Of a stretch of 64,000 nt of DNA, positions 26,036 through 40,765 are shown in pieces. The position numbers and the translations under genes were made by a program. The notes under the pieces are model-generated. The model worked only from the letters and a program-made list of their open reading frames with translations, was not told the DNA's origin and ran no database searches. The stretch is from the human T2T-CHM13v2.0 reference genome, Homo sapiens, in NCBI RefSeq assembly GCF_009914755.1, contig NC_060925.1, one strand, 5' to 3'. Position 1 is the stretch's first letter. The number at the start of each line of letters is the position of its first letter.

Positions 26036-27758
26036 ATATAGATGACTCCAGCTCTCCGAGTGGGTCTTTTTAAATGTTAGGTCCTGGGGCCAGGAAGAAA
26101 CAGAATATCACTCTTCCTTGGTGCTATGGAAGGAATTAGAGGGATTTTAGGGGTGTAGGGGAAGGCAACAGTGCTCTGGGGACTACTTTATGCCCAGTGA
26201 GAAATTGGTTCTAATCATTCTGCATCTATGAAGTCCATAAAGGACCAAGTTCAAGCCTCCGCAGTCAGGAGCCACTTCACTTTGTACCCCAGGTGACAGC
26301 CCAGCACTTGTTCTAGGGCTGGGTCGGGTGGGGAGGGAGATGTCTTCAGAAACTCAAGAAGGAAAGGGAGCTTTCTCCTGGAGAGTGTCCACCGCGTCGG
26401 GCGCCCTCTGTCAGGGCTGACTCAGAGTTTAACGGGACACTCTATGACACTTTAATTAGCATTTGTTTACTATTATTGCATTTTAATTATGCCTGAGGCT
26501 CCGTGGCCCCCTCCACTCTGAGTGCTGGGATCTGGGGGTGGCTGGGCTGGCAGGTGAGTGTGGCAATGGGAATTATACAATGGGAGGCCCTTCTCCTGCC
26601 CCCTATGGCCTTCTCCCCAGGACCCGCAGTGCTGCTTCAAACTGGATTCCACCCTCATGCTTGACATTCTTTTCTGCTTGATCTTATGGCTTGTAATTAC
26701 ACCTTTAATGAATATAACTGTCCTGTTAAGTCATTTACTTAAGAAATACTCTTATTTAAAGGTGACTCACACTGTGTTCTTGGCTCTCCTGGCCCCGGGG
26801 CCCCGCGTCTCTGGTGCCTTCCTTGGCCTGATTCAGCGGGGCTGAAGATACATGTGGGAGGGACTTGGCAGGGAGTGCAGAGTGTGGGGCAGTTTTCCTT
26901 CCCTGACCAACTCTCTCAATTCAGCACACGAGTAGCCCACAGAGTGTCAGGCCCAGTATAGCCAGACACATTATCAGATAATTATTAGAGGCAGTGGGGA
27001 CAAGTCACTGAGGGAAGCCACTGGACCCAGCCTCTTTCCTGAAGGTCTTGAAAAGCATGGCACACCTGTAGTGTTTGGACCATCCAAGGTAAGGCCAGGA
27101 AAGCCTCAGAGGCCCTAAGAGTGAGTCATCCTGGACAGAGCCCCTGGGCAGTTACTCCCATCAGGAGCAGACACATCACCCTTTCCACAGAAGAGTTTCC
27201 CAATGGTAGGCATAAGAACAAGCGCCCTTTGCCAAGTGAGCCTGGGGACAGAGAATCAACACTGCATCTCTGCCACCCTATATGGACACCTGGAAGGACC
27301 CACATGGTTCTGAGCTCTTCTATGGCTCTTCTGGAGAAACGCCTGAGGTGAAAGCAGAAAACCTCACATGATTCTGACAGTGGATCATGCCGGAGGCCCA
27401 TTTAGTCCATAAACATCTACTGAGCACTTACATTGTACTCAACCCTCTGTTAGGCATCAGGGCTACATTCTCTTCCCTCCTGGAGCCCATGGTTCAGTTG
27501 AGAACAAAACCAAGGAAATAGATAATCTCAATATGGTAGGACAGATGCCACAATAGAAGTAGAACCAGGACCGTCGTGGCTCAGAGGACAGAGAGTGGCA
27601 GCTCACCTCAGGGGGCTCTGGCAGGAGCACTCAGTGTTCAAGCGATCTGCAAGATTTCTTTGCAATCATGCAAGAGAGACACAGAGGGATGAAAGGAACA
27701 AGGGAAAATTGTTCCCCAGGCTGGTGGGCCCCTCCAAGATTGAGAATTTAATCTCTTT

Positions 27759-27802
27759 CTTCCCTGGAATCTTCCCTGGAATCTTCCCTGGAATCTGCCC
27801 TG
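27759..27802. repeat. 12-bp tandem repeat (CTTCCCTGGAAT)x3 plus partial copy
   Basis: Seen directly. Confidence 0.93.
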
Positions 27803-29289
27803 CCAGATGGTACACCTGTCCTCACACGTGTCCCCTGCTCCTGACACAAGGGAAGAAACAGAGGCCTTCTCAGTGGCTGGGAGCCAGGTGGCAGGGGTGG
27901 GAGGTGGCACAGATGCCCGAATGGAGCACCAGTTGGCCTCATCAACAGCCTCCTGGTCCTCAGGGCTCAGGGCAGAGCACACAGCAGCTGAAGCTGATGG
28001 AGCTGGCTCCCTGGGCCTCTCTCCTTTCCTTTTTACCTTCTCTTGGTGGTCCCTCCCTGCAGGCCCACCCCTTCACCCCTTCAGGTTTATAGGGTCTCAG
28101 AGCCACTTTCTTCTCTTTCCCCCAATCCAAACCTGTTTTCAAGAAAAGATCTGACACTCATTTACACACACAGCTGATGGTGGATTGAAGAGAGACCCCT
28201 GCTGGGGCTGCTGTATGGACAGAGATCAATAACGCAGTCACAGCAATCCTGGCAGAGGGTTTTGGCATTTTTGAAATGCTTTCACACACATTATCTCATT
28301 TGATCTGCACAACTCCCCAGAGAGGAAGAGAGGACAGGTATTGTTATGTGTTATGATTTTCACTGGATCTACTGAGAAATTAAGGCCCCCAAAGAGCGCT
28401 TAAGTCCTCACTTGCAGTGAGTGGCAAAGTGGCCAACTGGAGGAGAATCCTCCACGGCCCATGATGGGACTGACTGTTCGCTCTTCTCAGATATACTGCA
28501 AGGGCTCTTTCTGAAGGATGAGGAGGGAGAAGGTGGCCCAGGAGTCCACTGCGAGATCCGAGGCAAGAGCAGAGCGGGGATCAGGAGGCTTGAAGCAACC
28601 TGAAGGCAGGTGAGGCTTCTGCTTCTCTGCACCCTACAGCTCCTAGTACCCAGTAGCTGTTAACTGATGGAATAAATGGGTGGGTGGAGTTTTTCTTCTT
28701 CACAGGCTTGCACCAAATCTTGTAAGCCCTTCTGTAAATGGGTGCAATTAACATGGAGATGTTGATTTTCTGTAGATTTTCTGCCTGGCAGCCTAGTGTA
28801 CTATCCTTCCCTTGACACTCATTCAGAGTCCTCACAGGGAGAGAAATGTGGGCCAATGTTTGGGGAGGCCCAGTCCTGCCCCTGACCCTGGCCTTATTCT
28901 CTCAGGCAGAGAAGCCAAGGTAGACCCTCTGGGGAAAGTCCAGGCCCCCTCCCTCCTGACATGCCTCTTACTCCATCCCCTTTGGCTCAGCAAGTCTCCA
29001 AAGAAAAATTCCCACACCACTTTCTGTCCTTCAGCAGGAAAGAGCTGATGTCTACTGGATGCCTGAAGCAACACCTTAATCTCAATCTCCCCTGCTGGGA
29101 GCAGGTGAGGGAGGCAGCAAGGAAATCATGTCCCTTTGGATCTGCTGCCTAAGGTTCTGGGGGAAGTGATGGGCACTGAGGTCTCCTGACAGCTGGCAGG
29201 CTCCTGGCTGGCCCCACCTTGCCCTGAGCTGGGCAGTGGACCGAGCTTGTTGAATGGATTGAAGCAGCAGGAACAATAATAACAACAGC

Positions 29290-29490
29290 TGCATGTATCC
29301 AGTATTTACCGCATGCCAGGCACGTCACATAGATTACCTCATTTAATCCTTACACCAACCTTTCCAGGGAGGTATTCTTAGTCCCATTTTACCTATTAGA
29401 AAACTGAGTGTCAGCTTAAGTAACGCAGGTAAGGTCATATCCTTTGTAGGGTAACAGAAACAAAATTGGTGTCTAAGTTTGTTTAATTCC
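29290..29490 (-). mobile_element. MIR SINE
   Basis: ctcatttaatccttacaccaacc...cccattttac...gaaactgag. Confidence 0.7.
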
Positions 29491-29810
29491 CACACAGATG
29501 CAGCGGGGTCCAGACAGACAGAGGCAAGGACTGCAGAGGGAAGGCCCCTTCTCCTGGAGCTGCCCCAAAAGCGGCCACCGGGGCCATTCTTCTTCCTAGA
29601 AAGAACATCTTTCTGCTTCCTAGTCAAGCTGCTGGACACTGCAGGTCAGGTTCACCCGCCTGACCACTGCAAATCTCTTAGCTCATTTTACTCCCCTCTG
29701 TTTTCTAACAGTGATTCAGCTGGGTGAATCAGGAGCCAGACAGCAAGAGAGGTGATACCAGAAGGTGAAGAGGGACATAGATTGGGAAGGGTGAAAGATT
29801 CCCTAAGGGA

Positions 29811-30116
29811 TTTTTTTTTAAACGACAGTCTTGTTCTGTCACCCAGGCAGGAGTACAGTGGTGCAATCACAGCTCACTGCAGTCTCTACCTCCCGGGCTC
29901 AACGGATTCTCTTGCCTCAGCCCTCCTGAGTAGCTGGACTACAGGTGTGTGCCACCACACCTGGCTAATTAATTTAATTTAATTTAATTTATTTTTTTTG
30001 GAGAGACAGAATCTCCCTATGTTTCCCAGGCTAGTCAAAAACTCCTGGGCTCAAGGGCTCTCCTACCTCTGGCTCCTAAAATGTTGGGATTACAGGTGTG
30101 AGCCTTTGCACCTGGC
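29811..30116 (-). mobile_element. AluJ
   Basis: Reverse dimer; actcctgggctcaag, cacagctcactgcag. Confidence 0.88.
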
Positions 30117-31089
30117 TGGACTTCTGTTTTTAAGCTTACTAGGACCAGAACGATAATGGAAGAGGCTGTGAGCAGGCTCCACGTTTTCCATCTGAGCTTC
30201 CTACAAAATGTCACCAAGCCCTCTGTTAGCACAGCTTGGGTAGTGGCCGCAGCAGAAGTTTTCTGTCCCGGTCTTGCCAGTGATCAGCTGTGTCGCCATG
30301 GGCACTCCGGTTATGCCTCAAGCCCTCATCTCCTTATTTTGAGATAAAGACAATATCTGTCCCACCTATCTCTGGGGCTCATCAGGAAGCAGAACACCTC
30401 TGAGCCCACACTTTCAGCTTAGGTTTTTCCTATGAATCAGCTTCACAGTAATTAATGTGAAGAACTCATTATTGTTTGTTCTCAGTGTTAGATCCATTTC
30501 TTTAACAATCAATAGTCATGCATTCAGATCCCCTTAAATTCTCATAAAGTAAATACCAACCCAGCCTCCTGCCTGTCCTCTGGGCTGTGAAAGTCACGTG
30601 ATCAACACCATTAAGGAAAAAGAGGCACAAAAACCCCAGAAAAACAGCTGGAGGTTCCGGAGACTGTGATTGCAACTAAAGCAATGCACAACCTTCTGAC
30701 CAGAAGCTGACCCCGGTGCTGTCTCCTAAGAACTCCTGACTATCTGGAGACCTGAGGGCGGAGTGCAGTTCAAAGAGAAAATCTATTTTTAATGACTTGG
30801 GGGAGAAGAGTAGAGTGGTTGAGTAATTCAGAGTAATTAAACCTATCTATCACTCAGAGAGAGGAGACCAAAGTTGGTTGAACTTTTCAATGACATTTTT
30901 TTTCCTCCTCATTCATAAAAACTCAGCAGAGGTCCTGCAGGAGTCAAAGGGGAGAGGACAATATGAAAAGAAACTTCTGGCCCCATACAGTGGAATTCAA
31001 CCCTTGGATGAGTGCTGGGGCAGTGACTGCTCCTGAAACCTGTTTTCAGGTAGAGGCCATATTTTGTACTGGTTTTGCACTTTGAAGGG

Positions 31090-31285
31090 GACAGCCCTCA
31101 GTTTCCAATCCAGCTTCTGTGCTTATCAGCTGTATGACACTAAGTAAGATGCTGGACTTTCTTGAGCTTTAGTTTCCTTCTCTGTAAAATGGTGACATTG
31201 ATATCCATTTCACAAGGTTGTTCTGAGGCTTACGTGATGTCTGTACATACTGACTTGCACACAGCTGGTGCTCAATAGTGGTAGT
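31090..31285 (+). mobile_element. MIR SINE
   Basis: gagctttagtttccttctctgtaaaatgg...tcacaaggttgttctgagg. Confidence 0.65.
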
Positions 31286-32297
31286 TACCATGCTCAGTGT
31301 CTAGATGCAGACCCCACTGAAGGTGGCAGTGCTTGCATGGAAAAGCTGCAGAGGGCCCTGGCTTTGCTCTTCTATGATGGGTGACCTTGCTGAAGCCACC
31401 CGGCCTCTTGGAGCTACGATTGTTTATCTATGACATGGGGAGAATTATGTCTGCCCTTTTGCATGAAGAGCCATCCAGCCCCTGTAACTGCCGTCTTTAT
31501 TAAATAATCCCAGTGTTGGAAGTGTGCTGAAACTCAGGATCCTTGGCTGAAAGAAGTCAAATTAAGCTCAGCGTGCTAAGGATAGAGGTAAAACTTGGGC
31601 AAGGTAAAACTACAAAGAGGGTAGGAAATCTTATGGGCAAGGCAGATACTCCAAACATCAAACCATATTTTATCAGAGAAGACTCCCATGCCAGAAATAC
31701 TAGGGAGGTAGAAGTAGGACCCTTTCTAGGAAGTTCTGGTTTTTGGAAGGACCTACAAAAAAAAACAAAAAAAAACAGAGATGCTGATACTGTGTTGTCT
31801 CCATGACAACAGTGGATTTATTCAGTTAGAAAAAGCAGCTGGGATAGGAAATGGGGGATGAGGAGGCTTTGGGAACTAGGGCCTAAGAAATAACTAAAAC
31901 AGACCTCTCATCTGGGGACCAGATGCCTGGGATTAGCCAGGTCCTACAAAGCTCCTTATAGGGTCCACATTGACTGCCCTACCCCAGGAGGGGGAAAGGT
32001 GATGATGGCATGGGGTGGGGTGATAAGGCAGGGATGCCCCCTACCTACTCATTCCTACTCATTCATTCCACAATGGTTGTTTGCCCAGACATGGTTCCAG
32101 TGAGGCCCCAGGACACACAGAGCCTGAGTCTAGCCTTACCACAGAGCTTGACTTCTTCCAAGAACTGGGCATCTGCCTAACAGGACCCCATCTCAGGGCC
32201 CTGCCCTTTTGATTTCTACTTCCCTTGCCTTCCAGTCTCCAAGAGAGCATGAAAGAAGGGTTTGGAATTCCAGTTAATCCCAAATGCTCTCTCTCTC

Positions 32298-32609
32298 TTT
32301 TTTTTTTTTTTTTTTTTTTTTGAGATGCGGTCTTGCTCTGTTGCCCAGCCTGGAGTGCAGTGGTATGATCTTGGCTCACTGAAGCCTCAGGCTCCCGGAT
32401 TCATGCAATCCTCCCACCTCAGCCTCCTGAGTAGCTAAGACTAGAGGCATGTCATGTGCCACCATGCCTGGCTAATTGTTTAAATTTTTTATAGTGATGG
32501 GGTCTTGCCATGTGGCTCAGGCCGGTCTTGAACCCCTGGGCTCAAGTGATCTGCCCGCCAGAGCAACTCAAAGTGTTGGAATTACAGGTGTGAGCCACTG
32601 TGCCCAGCC
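32298..32609 (-). mobile_element. AluJ
   Basis: Poly-T then reverse dimer; cctgggctcaagtgatc; ccaaatg on both flanks. Confidence 0.88.
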
Positions 32610-35600
32610 CCAAATGGCCTTTTTTAATGTAAAGTGCTTATGGCCTTTTTAAGCATAGAAGGTGAGGTTTGGAGTGGAAATCATCAGGGGAAGGAGCCCA
32701 AGAAGAAGCTGGTCAGACAGCTCGGGTAAGAGCATCTTTGCTGTTGTTGAATAGAAGGTTGAAGCCACCTTTAGTGTTGTCTGAGATGAGGATTCAGAAT
32801 TTATGTTTGGGAGAATACTTTTATAATAGGGAAAGTGGGGCCTTTAGGACATCACTGCTCCTGAAAGATACTATAAAAATTAGCTCCCTCTGGCAAAGTC
32901 CCTGGCACTGCCTCCCAACAGAGCTCTAGTTTTTGCCTCTTGGTCCCCAGCAACACTTCCTGCTCTGCTGTTGGCATTTGTGGTTATTGATAATACGTGT
33001 GGGTTCTTAGGGACTCCTTGTTTTCTAATCTTCCATCCTTGATACTTCCCTTAGAATCTGTTTCCCCAGTTATGAAGGGACCCCACGTTGATGTTCCCAG
33101 GTCGTCTTTACATAAGGAGGACAGTGTCATCAAATGGTATGACATAGAATCAGATTTGGCAAAGCCTGACTGCCCAAGGCCTTCTTCACTGCACCAGGTC
33201 AACAGCTATGTACACAAGGAAGCAGGGAGCTAGCTCAGCATTATCCATAGGTGCCGGATCTGAGACCAGACTCTACCTCTCTGCCTAAACTGTTGTATGA
33301 CTCTGAGTAGGTAAGAAGCCACAGGAACCTCATGCTGTAAAACAGAATTTTGGTTTTCAGCAAACACCATGGAATGCATCTTCTCCACTATCTCGCAGCT
33401 TTCCTTTCTAACCATCCAAAACTTGGGCATCTTGTCCTCTCTGACACATCAGATCCCCCGATAGTATTCTCTCTGACTTTTCTTGGTATGCTGAGTGACT
33501 GGTTCCCTTGGGCAGAACTATAGAGAATTGTCTTGTCCATCACAGCTTCCTAGAAGGCAGTGAGTGAGTAGATGAGTGTGTGTGTATGTGTGTGAAAGAG
33601 AGAGAGAGCGAGAGAGGGAAGGAAGGATAGAGGGAGCGGGAGGGAGATGGAGGATAAGAATATGTATTAAATCTCTGCCTAAGGGGAAACAAGAGTCTCC
33701 TATACTTACATTGGAACATTTTAATTTCCTTTTGGTATAGAGCTCATTTATTCATTCCTGCCATTCATTCATTCAACTCTGGCAAGGTGGTGATATGAGG
33801 CAGGAAAGCTCCTAGGCTTTGCTGGATCCAGTGCCTCTGTGTTGGTTTGGGAACCTTTATAGACTGGTCAGTTGGATCAAGACCATTCCATGGAGGCAGC
33901 AATGACCACATGGCCTCAGTGCTTTGTACCCAGGGGTTAGTCAGTGTGGGTTGATTGGCGTGACCTTGTGAATCTGCATTCTGATATATTTGATTTATCA
34001 CCAAGTCAACCTGAATGTGGTAGAAATACACCGGGCACATATACTTTGTGCATTTGCTTGTTTATTCATTCATTTACTCAATCATTAGTCTATCCGCTGA
34101 GTTCATCCATTCATCCATCCATTCATCCACCAGACTGCTATATATATAAGTTGTATAAAAGTTATCTGCAGCTGAAGAAGAAACTGAGGAACAGAGAGTC
34201 TCAGTGAAGTTGTTTAAAGTCATGTATTCAGTAAGTTATACAGCTGGGACTCGCACTCAGGCAGGCTGGCTACAGAGCCCATGTTCTCAACTTTTACACC
34301 ATACCGCCTCTTAGACATGAAGGATGGCATGGGTTAGAAAATGCTAAGCCCTGTACCTTGCTGATAGCTGATAGTTATTATTAATAAATATGTATTAAAC
34401 ACCTACAATACAGTCTGTGTAGACATTAAGTTCACAGAATGCACAGATACAACCTTGATCCCAAAGTACTCATAGTGTTGTCAGGAAGACAGACACACCT
34501 CCCAAACTATAATGAAATATTAGCAATATGATTGAGACATGGTAAAAGCTATAGGAGCAAAAGGGAAGTACAAATCAGGGAAGGCTTTCAAGAGTCAGTG
34601 TTTTGTACCAATAATACAAAACACAGTTTCTTTCAGCTAAAGAAACACAACAATAAAAATAAAATATAAAACAACAAGAAAACTCTGCCTATCTCAGGAA
34701 GTTTATAGTCCAAACACCTCAGTGTGACATTTCAGACTTCTAAATTCTGCTCCTCACCCAGGCTGACGTTTCCACTCCTGACCCCTTTGGTCAATGTCAA
34801 CTGCACTCCTGCCAGGCTGGCCTCCTCTCTTGCTTTGTGTAGTCCTGCCTCCATGCCTTTGCTCATACATTCCTGCTAATCCAAACATCCTCCCCTCTCC
34901 CGCTCATGTGCAAATCCCTGGGCCCTCCCTCCTCCAGGAAGTCTTCCTTGATCAACCTTTGTTACTTCTCTCTCTGAACTGAGAATCTGACTGCCTGCCC
35001 AATTGGCATGAGTCTAATGCACTTTTTATACTCTTCTTAGGTAGGTAACTTTTTAGATTACTTATAGGGCTCTTCTTTTTATTTCTTCTTATGAGACATC
35101 TCTGTATGCTCCCACTTCAGTTTCTTGTACGAAATAGGTCTATAAATACCTGCTGAGAAGCTAATTATACTTGCCCAATGATCCAGGTTTTATTTTAAGC
35201 TCTTTAATCAAATGCACTATGCTAAAGTTCTCTAGGTGTGGCTGAGGCCCCCTGGTATTCTGCGAGTATCCATTCGGTGACTTGAGGGCTTTTAAAATTT
35301 TTTAATAGTCAATGTTTACAACACAGCAGAGGCTTTTGGTGTCACGGAAAGGACATAGCTGTTAGGGTCAGAAGAACGTAGCTCAGCCTCACCACATACT
35401 CAACTGTACCGGGCAAGTCCCTTAACCTCCCTGGGCCTCAGTTTTCACATTTGTTAAATATTATTGGATGTTAAAATTAAGGCATCCACGAAGGCACCAT
35501 GATACAATAATGCTGTGTTCTAAGGTAAAGTGCAGACTGCCATACAATTTTTCAGAGTAGATTCTCAAGATTCAGGTTCATGATTCTTCTGCCCCTGACC

Positions 35601-35639
35601 CTGGATCCCCTGACCCAGATGAATGGAATGAAAGGATTA

Positions 35640-36002
<363 letters not shown>

Positions 36003-38266
36003 CTAACCACCCTTCAACAGGACCACCTGGAAGTGGATAGGAGGATGCAGGAGGAAACCCAGAGGGTAGGCTGGCGAGCCCGCAGGAGGCAGAGCGAAGC
36101 AGGAACTTGGGAGGTCACCGCTCCCACCCCAGCTGCACAATGGTGGCAGGCTAAAAAGATGGGCAAGTACTTCCCTTGCAGCAGATGTGGACACCTTAGG
36201 AGGGAGGGCTGGCCTGAAGCATTTTACAACCTGTCCAAAAGACCCCCTGGAGGTGGTGCTGTGACCCCACTGCGGACATCTGTATGGAGAGAACTGGAAA
36301 ATCACGGCCAAGAGGACAGTGTCCAGTCAAGAGGAAGCACCACCCTCTTGATGACAGCTGCAGCCATGGAATGGTTCAGCAGGGGAGTTTCGAGGCCCAG
36401 GAAGAACCCAGCCCTGTAAGAGTCAGAAATATCCACCAGGCCTGAGAACAGAGGCTATCTGCTGCCAATTCCAGTTCATGTGAGAAAGAACTCTGACCCC
36501 TCTCCTTTCTACAAAGTGGATCCATTTGGGGGAAAGCAAATGAGAAAGAGAGAGACAGAAGTAACTGGAGACCATGCAGCAGGCTCAGGCAAGGGGAGGA
36601 AAAAAATCTGCACTTCAGTCCATAGGTTAAGTCTGGTCTGGAACTGGACATTATCATTCCAATTTGAGGCTGTGTTTGAGACTGGAGTGACGAAAGGCCT
36701 TTCATTATCTACAAGTGTGCAGAGAAGCTATGCCACCTGCCTGAGATCCAGGCAAAACTTTACTCATGATAAACATCTTGAAGAGACAGTAGGAGACAGC
36801 AGAAAGCTGCCTTGTGATGGTATCTCCCAGCACGTGGGTTGGGCACGATGATGTTAAGGACTGCTGTTCCTCACTAGCATATTGTCATGAGGTTCACAAG
36901 AAGTGAGAGCTTCAGCACCGCATTGTTCACTAGCAGGCTTATTGCATACAGATGGATAACTTACTGATAAAATTGTTTAAAAAAAGAAAACTGTGGACAC
37001 CAATCCTCAGATGGTTCAGCAGACCATTTTTCCTGAAATCCTGGTGTCCTTCCAGGGAGTGAATAGGTCAGGCAGTCTCTTTTGCAACGAAAGTGGCCAG
37101 AAGAATTTGAGAACAGCCACACAGGGAAGCCCCTTGACCCACTGGCCACCCTCTTCCAGGAGATGCAAGCGTGATGGTTAAATGTGACAACTGAAGCTGG
37201 TCTGCTGAAGATAAGGCTGCATTCAGGAACTGGCTCCAGGTTAGTAGCCCTCTCTGGGTGCTTCTGCCTCCCCCACCCCGGGGTCTTGTCCTGCCTGGGC
37301 AATCAACGGGGATTAGCACTTTGCAGCCTCCCCTCACCTGGAGGTTAGTGTGGGGACTGTTCAAATCTACCTTCCTCACAGCTTTCTATTCCTGACCTCC
37401 CTGAATGGCTGCCTCAAATGTAACCAATGTCATCGAGCTTCTGGGGGTCACAGAGGGGGGAACCTGGGGGAGATAGAAGAGAGACAAAGATACATTTTTT
37501 TTCTTTTTTTTTTAAAGAGGTGCTTAGGATATTAATTAGAGCAAATAATCACCAAGTTGTCTGAGTCTCTATTTTATTTGGTGCATGCCGGGTCCGGTGG
37601 AAAAAAAGCGGAATTTTAAATAATTTTGGAGTTATAACTGATGTAATTAGGTGCTCACTGAACACTTAGCATCGAGCTGTGCTTATTAAAATTACTGTTT
37701 TAATCAGAACATTGCCGGAGAATCATTAATAATACAATGGCTTGATTCCCTGGAACTCTAATTAGACCTGGACTTTTAACCACCTGAGCGTAATCTGGCT
37801 TCGTCTGGATACACACCACGGGTGATGCATTATCATTCCAGGGCATGTGGGGATGGGGCATCAATACTGCTATTTAGTGACTGCCTGAATGCTTCTTTTT
37901 TTTTAGAGCAGGAGAGTGTGCTGAGGTGGCACAGGAGTACGAGGCTGAAAGGTGAAAGTGGAGGAGGTCAGCCAGGGGCTTGGGGTTGGAGGTCTCCAGG
38001 AAGAAGTGGCAGGAGATATGTTCCCTGATGCCACTGGCCAGGCATGCCATATATATTGTTGTCTAGGAGAGCAACAAAGCCACCATATCACAGACCCAGC
38101 GAAAGGTCTCCGGATGCTCTGTCCGCAAACAGGCCTGTCCCTGATCCAAAGCAAACACACCTTCAGGGAGGGGTGAAGCTCTAGTCCCTGCAAAGCCCTT
38201 GAACACAAGAAATCAAATCAATCCTTCACTAAGTGATAAGGAAAGGTGAGTCTGGTGAAGGGCTAG

Positions 38267-38686
<420 letters not shown>

Positions 38687-40143
38687 TAGGGACATTTCTT
38701 TGGGTAATGAGGTCCAGAACCGGAGGGAGGTGAGTGGATGGATTTGTGTCCCCTGAGGTGCCTGGCTGAGCTGGCTTTTGGGGACAGGGGTCACTGGCCC
38801 AGCTCCTAGCTCTAAGCACAGGGCTTTGGTGTCTCTGCACCTTTGGCTGGTGACTCAGTGTGTCAACAATACTGATTTAGCCCCGGCTGGGTGCAGAGTT
38901 TTCTGATGGATGTCACAAGGGTGGCCAAAACCAAAGGAAATGAAAACATGCTCTCTGCCCTCCTACAGCTTGCTAACTAGTTGGAAGAGCATAACAAAGA
39001 TGTGAAAAAAAGATTCAGGACTCTTAAAAGGCAGATACTGAGATGTGAAAATTAAGCTGGAGCCAGACAAGGGCATGTGGAGTTAAGTGGTGATTAGAGT
39101 GGGGTGGGATTAATCAGAGAGGGGGTGAAGCTTTCTGAAGACAGACTGTGAGGCCAGACTTCATCTTTGACGCATGGGGAGGGGCAGGCAGCACTTTTCG
39201 GGTTCTTCATTAAGCATTCCTCTGGCTGCTACTACAGGCCCTGAGACAAGAAGATTGAACTCTCTGAGACTCCCTTTCAGGACTACCACTTGCCAATGCA
39301 GTACTTTGGTGCAATTTGAAAGAGGTGCCCCATCTAGGCACATGCCTTGGTAAGATGAATGAGGACTTTTGTTTCAGCCCCTACTTGCCCCTCAGCCAGA
39401 TGCCTTTATGTAGTGCATTTCCTGAACCATCATTTCAGCCTTGAAGTCCCTAGGGAAGTAGGGAGTTGAAATATAGCTGGTGGGTCTCCCAGAGTTCTGG
39501 CCTGGTGGACTCAGAGACAGAATGTTTTTAAGTACTAAATATTGTGGGCCCTCTTATAATGTCTGTGAGGGGAGGTCAGAGGGTGCAGAGAGATGGGAAT
39601 CACCTTTGGGTCTGAGAGCAGGCAAGGCTCCAAGGAGGAGGCAAGATTTGAAAAGGGGCAGGGTGAAAAGTGGCCTGGGCATGAAAACGCCATAAACCAA
39701 AGCAGAGAGAATGAGCTATGGGTGTGCACTGGGGCCAGCGAAGGACACAATATGGGATGTCACCCATGTAGATTTCCTTTGTTACTCATTCCTTAGCAGT
39801 AGACGCTTAATAACCGAAAAAGTAAAACAAATCTAATCCTCCCTCAAGGATGAAGAGCCCAATGGAAGAATTTCTCTGTAAACCAATGCTGCTGGGAAGG
39901 AGATTTCCATCCCCGGGGAAACCTAAGTAAGGTCCACCATGAGCGAGAGCTGGGCTCCGAGACTGCCTTAGGAGAGGGGGCCTGGTCAATCGCTATCCCT
40001 TTCAGGATTCCCTAAAACCCTCTCACCCCAGGAGGATTTATACACCAGGGAAGGTCAGATGTGAGGCGAAATGGTCTCTGTGTTTTAGAAGCAGATGGTT
40101 AGGTTTCCACTCAAGAATTCTCGTGCTTATGAAAAAAGAATAC

Positions 40144-40489
40144 TGATATGGTTTGGCTCTGTGTCCCCACCCATATCTCACCTTGAATTGTAATCAAAGG
40201 CAGGACCAGGTGGAGGTAATTGAATCATGGGGGCGGTTTCCCTCATGCTGTTCTCGTGATAATGAGTGAGTTCTCATGAGAACTGATGGCTTTATAAGCA
40301 TCTGGCATTCCCCCTACTGGCACTCATTCTCTCTCCTGCTGCCCTGTGAAGAGGTGCCTTCCACCATGATTGTAAGTTTCCTGAGGCCTCCCCAGTCATG
40401 CAGAACTGTGAGTCAATTAAACCTCCTTTCTTTATAAATTACCCAGTCTCGAGCATTTCTTTATAGCAGCATGAGAACAGACTAATACA
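40144..40489 (+). mobile_element. THE1C/D-like MaLR solo LTR
   Basis: tgatatggtttggctctgtgtccccaccc...agaacagactaataca; 5-bp TSD aatac/aatat. Confidence 0.9.
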
Positions 40490-40509
40490 AATATCATGAA
40501 TGGTAGCCC

Positions 40510-40765
40510 CTGACACACACACATATGTACTCCATTACTCCACAAACCCATACCCATACTCGTGTACACACACTCATGAACACAAACACACATCCATACC
40601 ACACACTCACAGTGCACACCAATACAGTGACACCATGCACGAACTTCACACATGCTCACATCACAGCTCACACGGATACTCCATACACACATTCATGTCC
40701 CACACAGTCATGGACAGGCAGGCCCACCACACTCATCTCCCCTCATACCCCCACCTGCACACAAC
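40510..40765. repeat. Degenerate CA-rich low-complexity tract
   Basis: cacacac/catac-rich run; gives spurious His/Thr-rich ORFs. Confidence 0.75.

Noticed and set aside
30593-30602. GTCACGTGAT CLEAR/USF-type E-box
   Set aside because: Single short motif with no supporting context
37330-37365. CACTAAC-ctccAG|GTGAGG as a second recursive site
   Set aside because: The branch A is only about 7 nt from the AG and there is no adequate pyrimidine tract
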